IMG/VR virus record: IMGVR_UViG_3300020030_000008 | Coordinates: 1-6,173 of that record | Length of the DNA stretch: 6,173 bases | DNA from: a virus | Strand: one strand, 5' to 3' | Shown: one piece after another, positions 1 through 5,083 of the stretch | Layout of the letters: each line of letters begins with the position of its first letter | Numbering within the stretch: position 1 is the first letter of the stretch | Translations under genes and position numbers: made by a program | The notes under the pieces: model-generated | The model's database searches: none | Seen by the model: the letters and a program-made list of their open reading frames with translations, nothing else | Told to the model about the DNA's origin: nothing

Positions 1-121
1 CTTATAACCTTGCGAAATATCGGCCAAATAGGCCTCGATAGACATAATTTGAGCTTGCGCCTCATGCAATCTAGCAACTTCACCTGCATCCTTAACATTG
101 TGTTGGGCAATCTGCAATTCA
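1..121. repeat. Terminal direct repeat, copy 1 (identical to 6053-6173); circular-contig overlap
   Basis: Base-by-base comparison: cttataaccttgcgaaatatcggcc...gggcaatctgcaattca occurs at both window ends with no mismatch. The repeat stops exactly at the window boundaries. Confidence 0.95.
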
Positions 122-693
122 AAATTATCCATCTGCTCTCGCCATTCTCGCGTATGAGTATTACCTCGAAGGTTAGCAGCTTCTGCTTCATCTCGATCAG
201 CGGCAGCGGCATTGCGATCAACCGTAGAACGCGCAAGCATATTCTGCGCAATAGCAGTAGGGTCAGCAGCGGCAAAACCACCGGGGGCAACGGGTGCACC
301 ACCAGAAGGACCAGAGGCAGAGGGCATAGATGCGGAACCGCCTGACATAGTAGCATTTACGCCAACACCAGAAGAACCAAGGACAGCGGCTGGTGTTACA
401 CCTGCCTTCAAATAGCGATCGAAAACCTTCGTAGGATCATTATATGCATTCTCGTAATCAAACTGTTTTTGCCAATTAGCATAGGAAAGTTCAGACTGCT
501 TTTGCATCTGCTCAAGGGCATACTTCTGTTGAAGCTTCATTTGTTTTTGTTGAAACTTCCACTGGCGACGAGCGTTCATGCCGCCAAAAAGCTGGCCGAG
601 AGCGCCAGTAATCAGACCGGTAGTACCGGTAGAGGCAGCCGACTGACCAAGAGCCTGGCCAAAAGATGCGGCGGCAGCAACAGGAATAGGCAT
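1..693 (-). CDS. VP2: Minor capsid / DNA pilot protein (VP2/H-like), N-terminal part; the ORF runs off the window start and continues at 6052 down to 5486 (419 aa in total)
   Basis: ATG at 693-691. My translation of the complement: MPIPVAAAASFGQALGQSAASTGTTGLITGALGQLFGGMNARRQWKFQQKQMKLQQKYALEQMQKQSELSYANWQKQFDYENAYNDPTKVFDRYLKAGVTPAAVLG...REQMDNFELQIAQHNVKDAGEV. This reads in frame into the 5486..6169 track ORF. The leading M of that track ORF is really a TTG Leu codon. It is absent from the ORF track because no stop falls inside the window. It has a Gly/Ala-rich N-terminus, then a Q/K-rich helical stretch, then a Y..R.LKAG(V/L)(T/N)P-type motif that I recall as typical of microvirus VP2 proteins. 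Confidence 0.8.
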   Translation of the reverse strand, partial: MPIPVAAAASFGQALGQSAASTGTTGLITGALGQLFGGMNARRQWKFQQKQMKLQQKYALEQMQKQSELSYANWQKQFDYENAYNDPTKVFDRYLKAGVTPAAVLGSSGVGVNATMSGGSASMPSASGPSGGAPVAPGGFAAADPTAIAQNMLARSTVDRNAAAADRDEAEAANLRGNTHTREWREQMDNFELQIAQHNVKDAGEVARLHEAQAQIMSIEAYLADISQGYK

Positions 694-694
694 A

Positions 695-886
695 CTATAT
701 GTGAGTTAAATTGTTAGAACGAATAATGTAATCAACGCGAACAGTGTCGATATGAACGCCACTACGCTGCATCCTAGCCTGAGCCGAACAAGAAGTAAGA
801 AAAAAAGTAGCCAATGCAGCAATAATAGATGAAACGAGCGTCCAAAAAGCCTTTGATTTATAGAACGGTTGTTTGACGTCAGACAT
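695..886 (-). CDS. Small predicted lipoprotein / membrane protein (63 aa), function unknown
   Basis: ATG at 886-884, TAG at 697-695. The pilot gene ATG follows 1 nt later (TAGtATG). The N-terminus MSDVKQPFYKSKAFWTLVSSIIAALATFFLTSC has a Lys-containing n-region, a hydrophobic core of about 17 aa, and L-T-S-C (Cys33, codon 790-788) fitting the lipobox pattern [LVI][ASTVI][GAS]C. Confidence 0.65.
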   Translation of the reverse strand: MSDVKQPFYKSKAFWTLVSSIIAALATFFLTSCSAQARMQRSGVHIDTVRVDYIIRSNNLTHI

Positions 887-939
887 GATATTAGAAATTT
901 AGGGGGAAGCTACGGTGCCGCACCCTCACTTCGTTCGGG

Positions 940-956
940 GCGCTTCTCCGAAGCGC
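940..956 (-). promoter_or_regulatory. Perfect 7-bp GC-rich hairpin with a 3-nt loop in the spacer upstream of the lipoprotein gene
   Basis: gcgcttc (940-946), tcc, gaagcgc (950-956) are exactly complementary. The stem-base sequence recurs at 4524-4552. No U/T tract follows on either strand, so it is not a classic intrinsic terminator. Confidence 0.6.
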
Positions 957-964
957 GAAATGCG

Positions 965-1102
965 TCACCTCGCCACAATGGTGTAAACAATTGAATAAAT
1001 AAATAAAGAACGATAGAAAAATGCGCGACCTCTCCCGCAGTCGTTACCAATAACCTTCAGCAATTCACGAACTCTTGCAGAAGGGGTTCGCGCACGTAGC
1101 AT
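965..1102 (-). CDS. Possible 45-aa mini-ORF with an Arg-rich N-terminal half and an aromatic/hydrophobic C-terminal half (speculatively a J-like DNA-binding protein)
   Basis: Hand translation from ATG 1102-1100 to TGA 967-965: MLRARTPSARVRELLKVIGNDCGRGRAFFYRSLFIYSIVYTIVAR. It is not listed in the supplied ORF track, whose shortest entry is 63 aa. It starts 22 nt after the stop of the 98-aa gene. The C-terminal half comes from an AT-rich stretch that could equally be non-coding. Confidence 0.25.
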   Translation of the reverse strand: MLRARTPSARVRELLKVIGNDCGRGRAFFYRSLFIYSIVYTIVAR

Positions 1103-1124
1103 ATATCGTCAAGTAAAGAGGGTA

Positions 1125-1421
1125 CTATTTTTCTTCAGTTTTAGAAGGTTTCGCAGCAGACTTCGACCTCTCTATCTCTGAATCAATGAGTTCCTGGCCA
1201 ACCTCGAGACCATCGAACTTGTCCATGCGGGAAAAGGAGTTAGGATCGAAATCAATCTCGGGATTGAACTTTTCGCCCTTATCAAAGTCAGAGGCCTCAA
1301 CCACCACGTCCGGACGGCCAGGCAAAACATCTACGGAGCCAGAACCGTCAAGGACGGACATAATTCGCTGGCCGCGGGAAACATAAGCGGGAGCATCCTC
1401 AATAAGCCAATCAAGTGCCAT
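1125..1421 (-). CDS. Acidic 98-aa protein, possible internal scaffolding protein (VP3-like) by position and charge
   Basis: ATG 1421-1419 lies 12 nt after the capsid gene stop; TAG at 1127-1125. By my count it has about 22 Asp/Glu and about 12 Lys/Arg. No motif I can name, so the functional call rests on context only. Confidence 0.55.
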   Translation of the reverse strand: MALDWLIEDAPAYVSRGQRIMSVLDGSGSVDVLPGRPDVVVEASDFDKGEKFNPEIDFDPNSFSRMDKFDGLEVGQELIDSEIERSKSAAKPSKTEEK

Positions 1422-1433
1422 AAAATCAATGTG

Positions 1434-3230
1434 TTAACGATTAGACAAACGGGTCGCGAATGTTTTATTCACCAAATTCTTCTTCTGAACCGAATAAGAC
1501 ATATTCACAAAGAAATTATCTTCCACGGTCGAGACAAAAGGCGAATTCACCTGCGACAAATCAACAAAAAGCAACGGATAATAATAGGACTCAGGCAAAG
1601 AGCCGGTACCACTGGAAGTTAAAACGGCGCGCTGCTGAACCCAGTAAGAGTAAAGTGGAACGCCGGAGCCACCCTCGGCAGGATCCATATGATAAGCTTG
1701 AAGCTGGCCAAGTACCTCATCATAAGACGAACGAAACTCATTAAAACACGGCTCAGACGCAGAACTGGCACCGGGATTACCGTTAAACGCTATACGGAAA
1801 GCCGGAACGTCCTGATAACCAATATCGTTGTAAATAGGATTGAAATAGTCCGAACCAGTGTAGTTGAGATAATCAGGCTTAATAAAGCTCCAATAATAAA
1901 CGGGCCTAATACTCAGCATATCAATCAAATAACCTGGTTCACGAAAATAATAAGACTGTCGACGACCCAAACGATCGTTGAATGCGATAGAACCACCCTG
2001 CTGGCCAAGGGGCTGGCCGCCGGAGAAATTATTGTTTCCTGCCTGATTCATCACAAGCTGAACGTTGATCGTTTGAGAAGCGCTAAAGAGAAGCTTAGGC
2101 CGGTCAACATGTTCAATCTTAGAGGCAAAAAACGTCTCCAACCAATCACTATAACGGCTGCCACCAGCGCCCAAAAGATCCTTATATTCCTGAAGACGCG
2201 AAGCGATAGCCAACTGCGGGATAGTAGTTACGCCCGTCATAGAAACAGCAGACGAGGAGCCTACAGGAATAAGACGGCTAAAACGATCGGGATTTGAAGG
2301 CACAACGGCCATAGGGTGAGTGATTAAGAAATAAGCTAAACCCGGAGAGGCTTCAGAGCCAGTACTCGTGAGGGTCTGCGAAATAAGACCTTTGGTACCA
2401 TACAAAGATGTACTCGGGTAAGACGAGACAACGGGATAACCATCACCAGAAGCAGAACCACTACTCAAGTCCGACCTAATGATCTGGAGAAAGAGGTTGC
2501 CGCGATTGAACGTATTATTAGTAGACGTTAAGGACGACGGATAAAATTGACTCTCGTAAAAAGCATCCAAGAACTCAAGATTCCCATAACACTGTGTGAA
2601 AAACCTGGAATCACCAGAATTCTCAGGATCAAGAGCGTACCCACCGGATGAAAAAATAAGCTTATTCGCCATAGGCCACGCAAAAGAATAAAGTCCCCAC
2701 TGCGAATAGCCATAATAGTTTCGAACAATATCCCAATAAGCTAAATACGTATCAGCATTGGACCACTGAGACATATTGGCGGAGGACGGAAGAGAAACAG
2801 ATGCAAGAGGGGTACCACCAACATTGTACTTATTGCCAACGCGAAGCCAAGAAAAAAGCGAATTTGTATACGATGCGCCGAAAAAACCGGAATTCAAAGA
2901 ACCAGCGGAGGGAACCGTAGAACAAATCCAATTCAAACTCAACCCGTTCATGTCAAACTTGCTGCTATTTGTCCTCAACTCAGGATGGTACAGCTGCAAA
3001 GGCACCCAGAAACGGTGAAGTCTAATGGTATAGGGGTTAAACGTCGGAACAGCAAGCGGGTTGCTGCGAACGTCAACTCCTTGTTCAATGGATACACGAT
3101 CACGAGCGTTAACAAAATCAATACGCACAGGATACAAAATACCCGGTGTACACGTAAAAGCCTTACTCTCGGGAACGTCGTATCGAGAATAGCCATTTAC
3201 GGAATGTGAAATAAAAGGTTGTTTTCCCAT
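1434..3230 (-). CDS. VP1: Major capsid protein (Microviridae F / VP1 family), 598 aa
   Basis: It is the longest ORF. ATG 3230-3228 lies 3 nt after the Rep stop. The N-terminal region ...YDVPESKAFTCTPGILYPVRIDFVNARDRVSIEQGVDVRSNPLAVPTFNPYTIRLHRFWVPLQLY follows the pattern seen in phiX174 F (...LAGQIGRLITISTTPVIAGDSFEMDAVGALRLSPLRRGLAIDSTVDIFTFYVPHRHVY) and in gokushovirus VP1. Size and position fit microvirus capsid genes. Confidence 0.93.
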   Translation of the reverse strand: MGKQPFISHSVNGYSRYDVPESKAFTCTPGILYPVRIDFVNARDRVSIEQGVDVRSNPLAVPTFNPYTIRLHRFWVPLQLYHPELRTNSSKFDMNGLSLNWICSTVPSAGSLNSGFFGASYTNSLFSWLRVGNKYNVGGTPLASVSLPSSANMSQWSNADTYLAYWDIVRNYYGYSQWGLYSFAWPMANKLIFSSGGYALDPENSGDSRFFTQCYGNLEFLDAFYESQFYPSSLTSTNNTFNRGNLFLQIIRSDLSSGSASGDGYPVVSSYPSTSLYGTKGLISQTLTSTGSEASPGLAYFLITHPMAVVPSNPDRFSRLIPVGSSSAVSMTGVTTIPQLAIASRLQEYKDLLGAGGSRYSDWLETFFASKIEHVDRPKLLFSASQTINVQLVMNQAGNNNFSGGQPLGQQGGSIAFNDRLGRRQSYYFREPGYLIDMLSIRPVYYWSFIKPDYLNYTGSDYFNPIYNDIGYQDVPAFRIAFNGNPGASSASEPCFNEFRSSYDEVLGQLQAYHMDPAEGGSGVPLYSYWVQQRAVLTSSGTGSLPESYYYPLLFVDLSQVNSPFVSTVEDNFFVNMSYSVQKKNLVNKTFATRLSNR

Positions 3231-3233
3231 AAA

Positions 3234-4304
3234 TTAAATAATTAGTTGTAGTTTATAGTGATCTCTCCAAAACTGAAGAATATCCAGATCTAGCCAAGTA
3301 GGGGGGTCAAAATCTGGCATCTTGCAAGAAGACGCGGCGAAGCGCATTATTTGCTTTTGCTCCCACGTATACGACGCTCTACGGGATACGGCGGAATCGA
3401 GGCCGAACCGCTCAACGCACAGAGACACAATACGCTTAACCAGAGAAGACTTGCTAAAACGTGCATAAGAGTCAGCAGCGGTAATCGAGCGACAAACCTC
3501 GTCTTCCGGTTTGAGATATTTAAGATAGTATCGAGGAATCGAGTAATTGTAATTGATACGCTTCTGAAAATCATAATAAGACCACGACGAAGTACGAACA
3601 GAAGGGCGAGGCATATAACCAAGAAAATCACCAACGCCAGCAGAGACGAATTTTCGCGTATAACGGCGATGTTGGAGGAGGCAAGATAAAGGTGTAGGGT
3701 TTCCATCTATGGTAACATATTTGTCCGAAATTTCTTCGGGATTAAATTGAATCTGTTTAGTAACATACTTAACGCAGTAACGAGCACGCTTATGGGTAGC
3801 CTTCGCCAACCACACAAAACCTAGATCTCGAACGGCGGCGCGAATGGTATTGTAGAGAACGTTTGTGCCAAACAAAAAGCCATGAAAATGCAATCGAGGT
3901 TCATTTCCTGTTTCGGGATGAATGCCAAACTCCTGAAAAAAGGCGTGTTTAAACGAATGGCCTAACTTATGGCGCAGACGCTCGTTGAATCGGCGGATAA
4001 ACCAGGACGGATCAAGCAAAGCTTTGTCATAATACTTCGGAGCGATCGTTATTGTGATAAAAATAGCCTGCTGACTATTAGCTTTACAATGGGCAAGCTC
4101 GCGTTCGAGACGCACGAACCAATCATTACGCTGACGACGCAAACAATCTTCACACTTTCCGCAGGGAACCATAAGCCACTGACGGGCTATGTCCCAGGGG
4201 CGGAGAGCCAAAGCAGACTTTGCGACGTCGGAGCCGTCACGACAGGGATTCTTCTTGTCGAAATAGCGACGATTACGTATCCATATGGGCGACGAACAGG
4301 GCAT
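3234..4304 (-). CDS. VP4: Replication initiation protein, HUH rolling-circle endonuclease (Microviridae A / VP4 family), 356 aa
   Basis: Motif I-like FITITI (aa 82-87). HUH motif RLHFHGFLF (His139/His141, codon 3890-3888). Twin-tyrosine motif YCVKYVTK (Tyr176 codon 3779-3777, Tyr180), matching my recollection of the phiX174 A catalytic YxxKYxxK arrangement. N-terminal Cys cluster PCGKCEDC, as I recall it in microvirus VP4 proteins. Confidence 0.92.
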   Translation of the reverse strand: MPCSSPIWIRNRRYFDKKNPCRDGSDVAKSALALRPWDIARQWLMVPCGKCEDCLRRQRNDWFVRLERELAHCKANSQQAIFITITIAPKYYDKALLDPSWFIRRFNERLRHKLGHSFKHAFFQEFGIHPETGNEPRLHFHGFLFGTNVLYNTIRAAVRDLGFVWLAKATHKRARYCVKYVTKQIQFNPEEISDKYVTIDGNPTPLSCLLQHRRYTRKFVSAGVGDFLGYMPRPSVRTSSWSYYDFQKRINYNYSIPRYYLKYLKPEDEVCRSITAADSYARFSKSSLVKRIVSLCVERFGLDSAVSRRASYTWEQKQIMRFAASSCKMPDFDPPTWLDLDILQFWRDHYKLQLII

Positions 4305-4504
4305 TACAGAAGACTTTGAAGGCAGTCAAACTTAATGGCAGGATGATCGAAACGACAGCGAATGAGGTAATCGTTGGCAGACTCTTCGTCGGAAAACCAG
4401 GCGATAACAACTCGCTTTTTACCGCGATATGCTGCAACAGAAAAACGGTAGGGAATACTGTCGATAACGGGAGAAAAACGGGGACGAAAATCAAACTTAT
4501 CCAT
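4304..4504 (-). CDS. Hypothetical 66-aa protein overlapping the start of the Rep gene
   Basis: ATG at 4504-4502 (MDKFDFRPRF...). The track ORF begins 2 codons earlier at a GTG (4510). Its stop TAA (4306-4304) overlaps the Rep ATG (4304-4302) as TAATG. I recognise no family. Confidence 0.6.
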   Translation of the reverse strand: MDKFDFRPRFSPVIDSIPYRFSVAAYRGKKRVVIAWFSDEESANDYLIRCRFDHPAIKFDCLQSLL

Positions 4505-4748
4505 AATCACAGAAAAATACTTTGCGCTTCGAAAGGCGGTACTTTCGAGCGCGAGAACTACTTCGTTACGCCGGCCGACCGCCTAACGGCGGGGACGCTT
4601 CGCGTCTTCGGCCTCCATGGCTCCACTCCGTGGACTATATACCGGATAAATCCGGTGAGTTTGCGGACAAAAGCTCCCAAGGAGAGAAAACCTCTCCCGG
4701 GAGCATCGCAATTAAAGAACTCTTCCACCAAGAGGACGGGTGACGACC
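4505..4748 (-). promoter_or_regulatory. ORF-free, hairpin-dense intergenic region; candidate complementary-strand origin, structured RNA, or terminator/promoter hub
   Basis: On the coding strand the ATG-initiated frames I traced here are 23 and 11 codons long. Hand-checked helices: 4524-4552 (4+7 bp with one bulged t). Three-way junction ggccg 4573-4577 / cggcc 4609-4613 enclosing ccgcc-taac-ggcgg (4579-4592) and gacgc-ttc-gcgtc (4594-4606). tccac-tcc-gtgga (4622-4634). accgga-taaa-tccggt (4641-4656). Nested gctccc/ggagag-aaaac-ctctcc/gggagc (4673-4704), closed by ttgcg 4661-4665 / cgcaa 4707-4711. ctctt-ccacc-aagag (4720-4734). Confidence 0.6.
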
Positions 4749-5072
4749 TTAGTTCCTCTTCCTTTCTTTTTCCGACGGGCCTTCATCGCAATCGAGATTA
4801 AAATCAAACATGAGAACAAGAGTATTATCAAAAAAATCAACTCGGAAATGAGGGAGACTACCACAGGTAGTGACAAGTTCAAAAATTTCCGAATGATCGA
4901 CGTAAAGCGAATCGCTAATGAAAGAACTATTCAGAAAACGCGCGAAAGGAGTATCCATAAGAGCGCTGAGCGGAAGGGATACGAATTGACCATCCTTGAT
5001 GTAGCCTACCTGGGCGAGGTCAATTTTGAGAGCCGGGTTGACGCGACGAATAACAACGTGAATCTGTGTCAT
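4749..5072 (-). CDS. Hypothetical 107-aa protein (accessory, unrecognised)
   Basis: ATG at 5072-5070 (MTQIHVVIRRVNPALKIDL...) lies 11 nt after the stop of the upstream 106-aa gene; TAA at 4751-4749. The track ORF 4749..5144 starts at a TTG and would overlap the upstream gene by 61 nt, so the ATG start is preferred. The protein is net acidic with a charged C-terminal tail, DCDEGPSEKERKRN. Confidence 0.6.
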   Translation of the reverse strand: MTQIHVVIRRVNPALKIDLAQVGYIKDGQFVSLPLSALMDTPFARFLNSSFISDSLYVDHSEIFELVTTCGSLPHFRVDFFDNTLVLMFDFNLDCDEGPSEKERKRN

Positions 5073-5083
5073 AACAATGTAAT

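Noticed and set aside
1-121. Terminal repeat as a biological feature (LTR, DTR or inverted-repeat transposon end)
   Set aside because: It is a direct repeat, perfectly identical, and bounded exactly by the window ends. It also lies inside a coding frame that continues across the junction. All of this fits the linearisation overlap of a circular assembly rather than a genetic element.
10-717. Plus-strand ORFs 10-345, 212-415 and 469-717
   Set aside because: All lie antisense to the N-terminal part of the pilot gene, whose minus-strand frame is open across the whole interval and is continuous with 5486-6169. They are Ala/Gly/Arg-rich shadow frames.
902-940. G-runs (ggggg at 902-906, gggg at 937-940) as a possible G-quadruplex
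   Set aside because: There are only two substantial G tracts within range, which is not enough for a four-tract quadruplex.
1689-2297. 202-aa plus-strand ORF antisense to the capsid gene
   Set aside because: It lies entirely inside the well-supported VP1 gene on the opposite strand. It is Arg/Lys/Ile/Thr-rich shadow-frame sequence with no recognisable domain.
4273-4494. 73-aa alternative-frame ORF over the 66-aa gene, and the 66-aa alternative-frame ORF at 2528-2728 inside VP1
   Set aside because: Both start at TTG rather than ATG. They are short and show no features beyond hydrophobic bias from T-rich frames.
4505-4748. tRNA, hammerhead ribozyme or other known RNA class in the structured spacer
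   Set aside because: There is no cloverleaf with a 7-nt T-loop or GTTCRA-type T-arm; the hairpin loops are 3-6 nt. I found no CUGAUGA...GAAA hammerhead core on either strand here. The nearest match, ctgaagg, is in the other spacer and is not a match. I cannot exclude unfamiliar classes without covariance-model searches.
4710-4760. Intrinsic terminator after the 107-aa gene (ctctt-ggtgg-aagag followed by ttctttaatt on the coding strand)
   Set aside because: The stem is only 5 bp and AU-rich. A competing 7-bp helix (4730-4736 with 4754-4760) lacks a U tract. This is too weak to call a terminator, although termination somewhere in this spacer is plausible.
4220-4801. 193-aa plus-strand ORF (and the nested 73-aa ORF at 4522-4743) covering the structured spacer
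   Set aside because: It starts antisense within Rep, runs antisense through the 66-aa gene, and reads through the hairpin region on the strand that carries no other gene. The translated hairpins give low-complexity sequence. The openness of the frame probably reflects GC-rich palindromes lacking stop codons.
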